Shown here: positions 24,127 through 34,526 of the stretch, one piece after another
How the letters are laid out: every line of letters starts with the position of its first letter
Position numbering within the stretch: position 1 is the first letter of the stretch
From: Ostrea edulis
Taxonomy: Eukaryota
Direction of reading: 5' to 3'
Assembly (NCBI RefSeq): GCF_947568905.1
Contig: NC_079167.1
Span: forward strand, 83,390,001-83,454,000
DNA: 64,000 bases
Notes under the pieces: model-generated
Told to the model about the DNA's origin: nothing
The model's input: the letters and a program-made list of their open reading frames with translations, nothing else
Database searches by the model: none
Translations under genes and position numbers: made by a program

Positions 24127-24225
24127 CAATCTAATTAAAATCGGATCCTAAGATACACTCACAATCGCTACAATATACACAGAGTATACGGCACGGATCT
24201 AAGAAGTCTGATTTTAATTAGATTG
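24127..24225. mobile_element. 99-bp MITE with a 10-bp TSD (Mutator-like)
   Basis: CAATCTAATTAAAATC..GATTTTAATTAGATTG, flanked by TACTAGAGGC on both sides. Confidence 0.82.
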
Positions 24226-24577
24226 TACTAGAGGCAGTCATTTCAGAAAAGCCTGGTGGTTGATGTTACTGATGATAAGTTGTTGATGAATATCAAGAAG
24301 AGGAGTGGTCCTAAGACAGTACCCTGGGGGACTCCAGTAGTCGCTATTGTTGTATGTTTTAGGAGGAAGCTGCATGATATCCATCCTAGTAGAGTCCTCT
24401 AATCCTGTAATGGTGCAGTTTCATCAGGAGTCTATTTTGGGGGACCTTATGGAAAGCCTTTGGGAAATCAAGCAGATACAGTCTTGTACACTGTACATGC
24501 TCTCCAATATCTAGGCTCTATAACGGGGTGTTTACCGACAGGAGGAGTTGGGTCTCAGTTGAACTCTTCTTCCGAAA

Positions 24578-24675
24578 CAATCTAATTAAAATTAGATGTT
24601 AGATCCGCTCACATATTCGCTACGTTTGTGTAGCGAGTATATGAGCGGATCTAACATCTAATTTTAATTAGATTG
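24578..24675. mobile_element. 98-bp near-perfect hairpin MITE with a 9-bp TSD (same family as 24127-24225)
   Basis: CAATCTAATTAAAATTAGATGTTAGATCCGCTCA..TGAGCGGATCTAACATCTAATTTTAATTAGATTG, flanked by CTTCCGAAA on both sides. Confidence 0.85.
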
Positions 24676-25144
24676 CTTCCGAAACCCATATTGCCTATCT
24701 GTTAGAAGACCATGGTCATCAAAGTGTAATTCTAGATTCTGGGAATATCAATTATACTTCTTCAAAGGACTGGTTCACGTTTTATGAAAAAAAAAAAAAT
24801 TTTGATGTTAAAAAATAAAAATATAAGTCGTTTATGTTGCCAGCAAAAATTCTGAATGCAAAAATAAAAGCAAGTATTTTAGCCTTAACTGTTATGTAAA
24901 CAAATACTTGAGTCGATCTTTATGTTTTCAAACAAACCAGTGAAATGTTGATTTTGTAATTTAAAGCAACTTAATTTTGCACAGTTACAAATTTATCTTT
25001 TGGATGACTCATTTTACTTAAAGAATACTTAAAATGTGATAGATAAATAAACTTAGATCAACTCGTTATACCGAGATAACTAACTCATTATGACGAGATA
25101 AATAACTCGTTATAACAAGATAATTAACTCGTTATAACGAGATA

Positions 25145-25544
25145 CAGGGGCGGATCCAGGAATTGCGGTTAGGGGCGCAACTTTATGAAGCAGGGGGTCT
25201 GGAGGCACCCTTGAACCCCCAGTGGGCGAGGGCCCCGGAAGCTCTTGGATTTCACATATTTAATAGGGCTTGAAATATGTCTCCGATGCAGTAAATTTGA
25301 CTAATTTCTGTTATTTTTAATAAGGCAAAATTAATAAAATGACGGAAATTTTAAGAGTTTTTGGAAAAATCTCTCAATGAAAGTAATTCAATAAATCAAA
25401 AGATTATGTAATTTATTTCTCCGAGAGTGGAAGAAAGTATTGCTTCTTTTATCATTTACATTTTTTCAAACAAGGGACTACGATTTACCTTAGATTTGAA
25501 AATTTTAGGGGGGGGGGGCTGCGTCCCTCTTAAATCTGCCACTA
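25145..25544. mobile_element. Second copy of the CAGGGGCGGAT MITE, inserted in a (AACTCGTTATAACGAGAT)n palindromic repeat
   Basis: Same termini and interior as 17100-17479; the CTCGTTATAACGAG units continue on both sides (about 25059-25144 and 25551-25570). Confidence 0.8.
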
Positions 25545-25729
25545 AAATACTAACTCGTTATAACGAGACAGGTTTTTCCCCCCACTTTTAAAAAATGAGC
25601 CTATCCGGCTTGAAATCGTAAGATATTTATCGTTAATATTAAAAGTGAAAAACAAAATTTGGGGTGAAATCGTGAGTCTGTCCAATTTCCAAGAAAAGCT
25701 GACTATAAACGACGAGAAGACGTTGAAAC

Positions 25730-25806
25730 CACAGGGGCTAAGCCCGTTTGGGCCCGAACTCATACATATTCACAGAGTTCGGGCCCAAACGGGCTAAGTT
25801 CCTGTG
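25730..25806. mobile_element. Third copy of the CACAG MITE (77 bp)
   Basis: CACAGGGGCTAAGCCCG..CGGGCTAAGTTCCTGTG; flanks GTTGAAAC / GTCGAAAC. Confidence 0.8.
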
Positions 25807-25869
25807 GTCGAAACATAAAAGGAATGTACATCCGACTGGATTCTAGAACGAATTGTCTGAGATGTACAG

Positions 25870-25878
25870 ACCGGAAGT
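25870..25878 (+). promoter_or_regulatory. ETS-family core motif about 60 bp upstream of the predicted ZNF start codon
   Basis: ACCGGAAGT is a perfect ETS consensus; function is inferred from position only. Confidence 0.4.
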
Positions 25879-25938
25879 TTTAGTTTCTATCCTTAAAAGA
25901 AGTCAAGACAAATTACAAAACCTTCCTAATAGTGAACC

Positions 25939-28869
25939 ATGTACACAAAGGCAGAAATTGATTTAGAAACTCAATTAGATAAGGTGTGTGTGTGTGATAC
26001 TTTGCTAATGTATTGATGGTGCTACCGTTAGAGCGAGCGCAGTTTCAAAATTACACGTACATGTTTCAAAAAATATTTTGAGAAATTAATAATTATGATG
26101 GGCTCAATATCCAAGCCACATCTGTTTGGGGTTTAAATGCAACCCTTGATCTATTATGGACAATGATTCCTTGATTACCTACGCAATTATGGTCTCCTAA
26201 TTACCCGTACCTGACACCGTGTTTACTTAGTGGCACGCGCCTCACGGTTACTGTGGGGTTCACGGTGTCACCACAGTATCGGGGTTCAGTGTCACCACAG
26301 TATTGGGGGTTCACAGTGTCACCACAGTATTGGAGGTTCACAGTGTCACCACAGTATTGGGGGTTCACAGTGTCACCACAGTATCGGGGTTCACTACAGT
26401 ATCAGGGTTCATGGTATCGTCACAGTATCAGGGGTTCAGTGTCACCACAGTATTGGAGGTTCACAGTGTCACCACAGTATTGGAGGTTCACAGTGTCACC
26501 ACAGTATCGGGGTTCACAGTGTCACCACAGTATCGGGGTTCACAGTGTCACCACAGTATTGGAGGTTCACAGTGTCACCACAGTATTGGGGTTCACATTG
26601 TCACCACAGTATCGGGGTTCACAGTGTCACCACAGTATTGGAGGTTCACAGTGTCACCACAGTATTGGGGTGGGGTGGGTTCATGGGTGTCGCCACAATA
26701 TCGTCACAGTGTCACCACAGTATCGGGGTTCACGGTGTCACCACAGTATCAAGGTTCACGGTGTCACCACAGTATCGGGGTTCACAGTGTCACCACAGTA
26801 TTGGTGGTTCACGGTGTCACCACAGTATTGGAGGTTCACAGTGTCACCACAGTATCGGGGTCCACGGTGTCACCACAGTATCGGGGTTCAGTGTCAACAC
26901 AGTATTGGGGTTTATGGTGTCGCCATAGTACTGAGTAGAGGTTCAACATTTTACATAGGAATGTATGGGAAAATTGTTTGAGAACCACAAGATTCAATAT
27001 GTAAAATCAATATATAAACTTCTCTATGTAGTGTAGATTTGTTGACATCATGTTATGTTATGCATTGCCAGGGTAAGGCCAGTCAATGTTTAATATTGGA
27101 AAATGCAACTGCTGCTTATTTAGTGTGCTTGGGTGAGTGATATGACCCATGTGTCTATACCTTTTTTGGGGTGGGGTGGTGTGGTGAAAGAAATCATAAG
27201 TATCTACTAAATTAAGCAAAGATTAACTTGTATGCCAATTTTAATTTGTCTCCGTAAAGCTATATATGCAATTTTGATATTAATTTTATTTATTTTATAT
27301 GTACAGATATTTGGATTGCTCAGTGCAGAAGTAAAGATAATTGCACACTTGACAGAGGAAGAAATACAAAAATGGGTTCAGCAGTCAGGAATAACATTAG
27401 TGAAACAAATTGAAAGTGACCATTACACTGTCCATGGAAGCTGGAAATCCCTGCTAAGAGCAAGATCATATCTGGTATCAAAACTTTAAATAAACTTTTG
27501 AAATGCATTTACAAAGAATGTTAGTATTGTCAGTAATGTATATGGTAAATGACAATTAGCATGCAGGTATTTACCATTGTAATCATGTTGTAAGTTAATG
27601 AATCATACAGTCATGAATTCTGTGCATTTCAATTGTTTATGAAATGCTTGGTATTTTGAAATAATAACTATTTAAAAGTTGCCCATATGTTATCATGATA
27701 CATGAGATATTCTTGTGAGATTCTATTGTTTCGTGTTTAGGAAAGTAAATTCAAGGAAGAGGAACCAGTAGAAAACATATCGAGTGAAATTCGCGATGGA
27801 ATGTTAAGTGGTAAAGGTGGGTCTGTAAAAAACAATTCATTGTACATAAATATTTTAAGTACATGAACTTTGTACATCTTTCTGATCCACAATTATAGTC
27901 TTATCTTAAATACTACCATTTTTTTTATATTCCCAAGAGATTGAAATTCATTCCACAGAGAAGTTAATTTTTATGACCTTGCATGAAATAACTGTGGCCA
28001 CAAGCTCTTGATGTTTTAAATATATTTAATAAATATTAGGTCCCCCTTTGCCCCTTTACTGATTTTTTTGCATTTGATTAGCAGTAGACAGTATTTGATG
28101 CTTGATTATCGCCGATCAATGGACTTAATTTCCTGTTCACCAGGACGATGTGAGAGATAAGACGTTGACAGAATTGTTGCTCTCTGATCTCTCCCAATAT
28201 TTTCTAAGAGAGCTACAGTTCTGCAGCTGCATATAAGTTGTTGCTAGACAGTATGGGTCTATTGAACTTTTTTCCGAAATTGCAAGTGATGCAGCTGGTA
28301 AGAAAAAGCCAAGATGGTGGCGTGATATATACCTTGTGAATAGTTTGTTTACAGAAAGGCAATTTTTTAAATTGTATATGTTGTGTTGAGAGCCTGTGAC
28401 TGGGGCATATCGTGTTACCCTTTTCCATCCTTCTATCATACTTTAGTTTCTGTTCATTACACAGAAGCACATGTTCAACTGAAGGAGATTGGTGTATGGA
28501 TACATATTGAGAATATTATAGGTCAAGTTCTTATATGGTTCTGGTGGAATAATTTTTGACAATTGTACCCCTTGGACTTAAAAAATTTCAAAAAATATTC
28601 ACAGTTTCTGCCCATTATCTCAGGCACGTAGACGTTTTGAATTGTTTAGAATATAGATATATTATGAGAAAATGCACTTCAAGTTACTAGTACTGCCGCG
28701 GTGGTCTAGAGGTAGAGCGTTTGCCCCGCATGCGGACGGTTGGGGTTCTAATCCCAACTGTGACAGACCTAAGTCTTTAAAACTGGTAGACTCAGTGACA
28801 GTTCCATTGACAAATTCTCGGCATCAGGTGTGAATGTCATGGGTCCTCGGAGATAACCTTAGAAATGGA

Positions 28870-28908
<39 letters not shown>

Positions 28909-30154
28909 CCACTGCTCAATGACCGTAAGCGCCAAGCATAGGCCTGAATTTGAAGCCCTTCATTGGTATTGGTGACGTCTCCATATGAGTGAAAATTTCT
29001 TGAGAGGGACGTTAAACAAGATTCAATCAATCAAGTTACTATGATTTTTTTGGGCAGATTATGTTAGGCAGAGTTATGCCCCTTTGACCTGGAAAATTTT
29101 AAACTCATTTTCTACTCCATGGAAATTCCGAATTGAAATATCGAATATAAAGATATATTATGAGAATGCACAAGTCAAGTACTTGTAAGGTTCCAGTGGG
29201 CCTTTTAGCAGGCCCTTGGATGGGATATCCATGTCACTCCAACACATCATATATTCATGTACTTTTAGTTGTTGATTTTTTTGTCTTCTAGATGATGTGA
29301 TGCATGAAACTCTTAGTGATACTAGAGGAGAGACAAGTGACCTGAATGATGAGTGTTTAGTCAACCCTGACACGGAGCAGATTGAAATTGAAGACAGCCA
29401 ATATACATGTACTGATGGTGTGATTAAAGCGTTTCTCTGTAAAGTATGCAAGGTGCAGTATCAGACATTCTCTCAGTTGGATGATCACAATCAAGAAAAA
29501 CATGATCTTTTTACATGTGATATTTGCTTGAAGACATATGCAAAGAAACGGTATGTGCAACAACACAAAAAGAGGCACACTCAAGAGAAAAAGTTCCAGT
29601 GTGGTGTTTGTGGATTCAAATTTTTTGAACAGAGCAAATTGAAAAGTCACATGGAAATTCACAAACCTGCTGCAGAAAGAGAACTTCCTTACAAATGTAG
29701 TGTGTGTATGAAACAGTTTCACAACCGGACAGGCTGGACAGAACATATGAACACACACACTGGTCAAAAACCTTATAAATGCTCAGTATGTAATTCAGAA
29801 TTTGCCCACAGTAGTGCTCTGAAAAGACATGAAGCATCCCATATTCCATACGAACCAGTAAAATGTGACCTCTGTGGTAAAAAATTTAGATACCCAGATA
29901 AATTAAGAGCTCACATGATTCTCCATACAGGTGAAAGAAAATATGCCTGTCAGTGTGGGAAAATTTACACAACTTCCAATTCCCTGAAACGCCACCAACA
30001 GACTTGTAGTGATGCAAATCCAATGTTATCTCAGAAAGTCAATGTGTACCAAGCACCTGCAACTCAGGATATCCTGTACATGTGTGGATTATGTGAAAAG
30101 CAGTTTGATTCTCTGGAGAATGCCGAGTCCCACCTCTGTAGTAGTTGTCAATAA
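25939..30154 (+). CDS. C2H2 zinc-finger protein, about 381 aa, with 6 canonical and 2 C2HC/degenerate fingers and a non-finger N-terminal domain
   Basis: Exons 25939-25983 (MYTKAEIDLETQLDK), 27307-27474, 27741-27810 and 29292-30154 sum to 1146 nt in frame. The last exon has CxxC..HxxxH fingers with TGQKPY/TGERKY linkers. The first exon is the least certain. Confidence 0.85.
26228..26930. repeat. 26/27-bp minisatellite in ZNF intron 1
   Basis: Units CAGTGTCACCACAGTATTGGAGGTTCA and CAGTGTCACCACAGTATCGGGGTTCA. Confidence 0.95.
28690..29030 (+). mobile_element. tRNA-derived SINE (Meta-domain-like central region) with an 11-bp TSD, in a ZNF intron
   Basis: A box GGTGGTCTAGAGG, B box GGTTCTAATCC, central GTCCCGTGTCACAGTAGGTGTTGCACGTTAAAGAACC, (TCAA)n tail, flanked by TCAAGTTACTA on both sides. 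Confidence 0.85.
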
Positions 30155-30779
30155 ATAATGTTTTAATGGAAGATTGTGGAATTACATATTTGTTAAAGTT
30201 ATAAGGTAGTGTGAAGTGGACTATACAGAATTGTCTTTTTGAATCACATCTTCACATTTGCAGTTTCCTCTTGTGAACCACTGAGTTAACCAAAAGCATT
30301 ATAGGGTGAAAGATTCAAGGTTGATCAAATGAAGAGCTATGTGCTCTAAATCCCAGGAATATGGAGTTTAAAGTGAAAAAAATTGGGGTGGGGTATATTT
30401 GAAAACATCTTCACATGGGCAGACACAAGAACCACTAGGCCAGAAAAACTAAATTTTTCATGAAAGCTGTTACATAGCAAAGATTCTCAGTGGCAGATTC
30501 AAAGAGGGGTTTGGGTTTTGGTAAGTCCCTGATATTGAAGCGAATGTGTATTTTTGAAAAGCAAAAAACAAAACACATTTAGAAAATGTAAAGGAGACAC
30601 TTCTGTACAGGGTACAGGAGCTTTGAAGGGGGGGGGGGGGGGGGGGGGGGGCTTTCTCAACAGGACTCTGCCCTGGACCTGCAGGATGCCTTAGGCATCC
30701 CCATATCAGCAGATCCCTTTCTTATCTCATGGTTCCCTCTTCCACTAAAAGATCTGCTAAATTTTGCTATTTTGTTAAT

Positions 30780-31210
30780 TAAATCTACTCATGTGTGGAA
30801 GCTTTCATGTAAATATCCACTATTCTAGCCCAGTGGTTCTGCAGATGAAAGATTTCCCCTATATTAGCATGTAAAACTTTGATCCCCTATAATTTGAACG
30901 AAGTTGAATATGCACTATATCGGGAAGCTTTCATGTAAATATAAACTTTTCTGGCCCAGTGGTTCTTCATCATAAGATTTTTAAATGACCCCACTCTATT
31001 TTTTTCATTTCTTGATTTTCTCCCCTTTCAAGGGGGCATGTTTCTTCATTTGAACAAACCTGAATCCCCTTTACCCAAGGATGCAAGTTCGATTGAAATT
31101 AGCCCAGTGGTTATAGAGAAGAAGTTGAAAATATTTTTAAAAAGTTTATGGACAGACAGATGGAAAAAATGTGATCAGAAAAGCTCACTTGGGCTCAGGT
31201 GAGCTAAAAA
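30780..31210. mobile_element. Helentron-associated (HINE/pearl-like) non-autonomous element
   Basis: AAGCTTTCATGTAAAT..CCCAGTGGTTC internal units, a GACAGACAGA microsatellite, and a terminal hairpin AAGCTCACTTG..CAGGTGAGCT followed by an A-run. This layout is known for bivalve HINE-type elements (inference). Confidence 0.55.
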
Positions 31211-31450
31211 CACCTACAAGGTGCTAGTTCATACTTATATTTCCAGTTTCCTTCATCGATAGAAAATTGAATGAGATGCACCACATGCTATTTATAGCAA
31301 CGTCATTGGACAATGATCATGTTTATATTCAATAAGCAAAGTAAATGACATTTTAGTGTAATAGTGAAATGTATTTTTCCATCTTCAGTTTCTGGTTACG
31401 TCAATAAATTTTCTGAAATGATATACATGCATGACATTATTATTAAAAAG

Positions 31451-32273
31451 ATGAAGTTCCTCATAGACAATATCAATTTAACGTAGTCTTTGGTGATAAG
31501 GTCTTCCAACAGTATTTTAAAATTTCCAAGGGCACAAATTGTGCTCCTTTATATGTAATCAATTTATTAAAAAACTTCTACATGAGAAGGAAAAAACTCC
31601 AACTCAACATTTAGATACAATACATTGACAACGTTTTATTTATTAACAATACTTACTTTCATTCACATAAGCCTAATAATCAGTTTGATATATCTCTGAC
31701 AGTGAATTCGAAATGAAAGACACCACAGGGTCTTCCATATTTGGATATTTAATTGAACATAAACATTAAGCTAACAACTGAACTTTATGACAAACTTCAG
31801 CTAGCTTCGTCAACTTCCCATATTGACTCATGATACTGTCTTATTGATTTGACTATGAATTAGGCCTACTCTGATTACTTGATCGGTCCACGGGGGATGC
31901 TCTCAATTTTGTATTCTCCATAGGATTTATGAGTCTCGATTGAAGTCAGCATTTTGCAAATTCTATGGTTGTTATAACGATCTAGTTCGTCAATACAACC
32001 TATCATTGGGTCAAATGCTGTCTGACATGTTTCGCATCGATTGTTAGGCCGTTCTTGGCACACGGATTTTGACTACGGAAAACTCTGTTTACCTGATCAG
32101 GATATAGGGCTCATGGCGGGTGTACTGACCGGTCAACAGGGGACGCTTACTCCTCCTAGGCACCTGATCCCACCTCTGGTCTCTCCAGGGGTCCGTGTTT
32201 GCCCAAATATCTATTTTGTATTGCTTGTAGGAGTTATGAGATTGATCACTGTTCGTTATCTTGCACCTTTCAT
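31451..32273 (+). mobile_element. Penelope-like element RT remnant plus 3' end (degenerate)
   Basis: TTCCTCATAGACAATATC..GGCACAAATTGTGCTCCT (FLIDNI..GTNCAP), TTCGCAAATTCTATGGTTGTTATAACGATC, and the family 3' UTR. Confidence 0.82.
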
Positions 32274-32294
32274 TGATTACTGTTAATCTTCACT

Positions 32295-32413
32295 TTCGGA
32301 AGGTCGGTGGTCTTTTCCCAGGTACATTGTATCTAGGTTCTCTCTTCCACCAATAAAAACTGGGCGCCACTAGATAACTGAACAATTGTTGAGTGTGGCG
32401 GATAACATCAATC
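32295..32413 (+). mobile_element. 5'-truncated SINE 3' end with a 10-bp TSD
   Basis: TTCCACCAATAAAAACTGGGCGCCACTAGATAACTG..ACATCAATC, flanked by AATCTTCACT at 32285 and 32414. Confidence 0.6.
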
Positions 32414-32423
32414 AATCTTCACT

Positions 32424-32606
32424 CAATGGCACCTGAATTTCTGTCAATAAGTCGCTTGAAATAAAGCCAAAGATCGAAAAATCCTACCCCCTCTATATAT
32501 GAATATATTTATATATTTTAAATGTATTTATATATAGAAGGGGTAGGATTTTTTTTTATCTTTGGCTTTAATGAGCGACTTATTGACAGAAATTCCGGTG
32601 CCTGTG
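32424..32606. mobile_element. 183-bp hairpin MITE with a 7-bp TSD (P-like, different family)
   Basis: CAATGGCACCTGAATTTCTGTCAATAAGTCGCT..AGCGACTTATTGACAGAAATTCCGGTGCCTGTG, flanked by CTTCACT on both sides. Confidence 0.75.
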
Positions 32607-33118
32607 CTTCACTTTTTCATTTTGTATCTGCCGCCATTGATTTTTATTTACTTTTCGTCATGCGGTATCCTAACAATTTAGCCCAATGACAAATTCACCC
32701 ACACAAATTCAAACTTCGTACCATAAAAATTCAATATGATATTTTGTACCATTTGAATATTTATTATGGCCATCCCATGCTAAATGGGGGATATCCCACA
32801 CTAAAATATCTTGGATTAGATACTGAAACAGTTAAAGGTCTTGGTGCTAAAAGGTAATGTGTCGAAACGTCCCACCTACCAAGTAGAGGGTTACTTGCCC
32901 TTGCTGACACACAGGCCAGATTGCTTACGGCAAATAAAAAGAATTCTGCAGTTCTGTCATTTGGGAATCTGAAACTTATATCATCAACATAGTAAGTAAA
33001 GTTTTGCACTTGAACGTGTTTATTTGATGAGAAACATTTAAACCGATTACTGCGATTAGGCACGGCCCTAGCTTAAAACTAAAAGTGAAGTTACGGGACA
33101 GTGGGCCTACTGCTATTA

Positions 33119-33214
33119 TAATTTCTGTGGAAACGAGGGGGTTATTTATATTCGGTCTTTCCTATCTCCCTCAAAGACCGAATATAAATAACCCCCTCGT
33201 TTCCACAGAAATTA
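33119..33214. repeat. Perfect 42-bp-arm inverted repeat with a 12-nt loop
   Basis: TAATTTCTGTGGAAACGAGGGGGTTATTTATATTCGGTCTTT and its exact reverse complement. Confidence 0.93.
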
Positions 33215-34526
33215 CTGCCGTGTCAAAAGTTTGTCTCGTTACGAAATGGTTAAACTCTTATGTTGATGCATATTTCGGAGACTAATGTCGAAGTTTATTC
33301 AATAGAAAGAAGAAAGGCCCTTTTTTACATACATATGCCTCAAGAGAAATGCACAACGGGTAGAGGGCTGGGTATATGCATACACGACAAGAATTTTATT
33401 ATGAAGCAACGATTGTATTGAAGGAAAAAAATTTGTTTCAGATGTTCAATACAAATGTCCCTTCATGGGGATAAAATATGCACACCCATTGATGTTTAAA
33501 GATTGGGCCTTCTTGTGTCTTAAGTTCTGTGTATAGTAGTCTATATTCCGGAAATGTTGTGCATTGCTTTGATATTTCATAGAATATGCAGCATTTTACT
33601 GTTCCCAAACCGAATAATATAAAATGATGCTGACATGTTGCTGAGGGGTGGAAACTCGGAAAGAACATCAAAGACAACACACCAGTTTGACTTGAGGGAT
33701 GACTTGAAACTTAGTTTTGAAGAGAACAGAAAATTTATTTCCAAATACTGTGAAAGGAATCTTAATTTTTACTAGAATTTCCTGAGAAGCTAAAGACAGA
33801 ATATTTGATTTTTAGGTCAATGCTTGTTAATTTAAAGATTAAAAGATCTTTGGCAAAACATTCATTTGATTCTTTCATCTCTCTCAGACTAGCACTAGCT
33901 CTTGCAAACATGTATATATACCGAATAAACATTTATTCTCTTGTTGGAAATTACACACCCTAGTCTGTTACTGTTCAATAGCCTCCCCTGATCGGGACTG
34001 CTACAGGATTTGAAATTAGGGAGCAAGAGTCTATTAAAGAGATGAGTAGCCTTCAAAACGTCAAGGGGAACACACCGGTAAAACCCCTCCCCATACCTTG
34101 AGAAATAAGAAAATAAAAACCTTATGTGATCACCATATTAGACTGCTAATTTTGTATCGATACTACACATTTTAAAACATGCAGTATTAAAATGATTTTT
34201 GTGACTATGTGAATGAGTTACATGTAGATTAATATACTTGCATTTTTACATTAGCTTATGAGACACAGCTTGATAACTTTCTCGAGGGACACCCCACGTC
34301 TAACAGTTGTTTAGGTCAATTTTACATAGTTTACCTGGTTTAGGATGACAGTTAAATTATACAACAATAAATGTACATACCATTATGATTTGTAGTTTTG
34401 AACACAATAATGTACATACCATTATGATTTGTAGTTTTGAACGTTTTAAAGGAAGTTGAGGTCATAAGAAAATTGAATTCCTAATCATTCAGGTGCAGTA
34501 TACATGTAGTCCATTTCCAAGTCACA

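Larger units (their letters stand above)
23180..24760 (-). mobile_element. Decayed CR1/L2-type LINE reverse-transcriptase remnant
   Basis: The minus strand reads LLDFPKAFHKVP (about 24440-24480), TGVPQGTVLGP (about 24310-24345) and YASTVWSP (about 23718-23742), with many stops. Two MITEs interrupt it. Confidence 0.78.

Noticed and set aside
26230-26981. Three overlapping ORFs of 211-242 aa
   Set aside because: They are stop-free translations of a 26/27-bp satellite inside a predicted intron; the peptides simply cycle between frames.
30627-30651. Poly-G run
   Set aside because: It lies within a degenerate MITE-like fragment; similar G/C runs occur in the CAGGGG MITE copies, and homopolymer length is unreliable.
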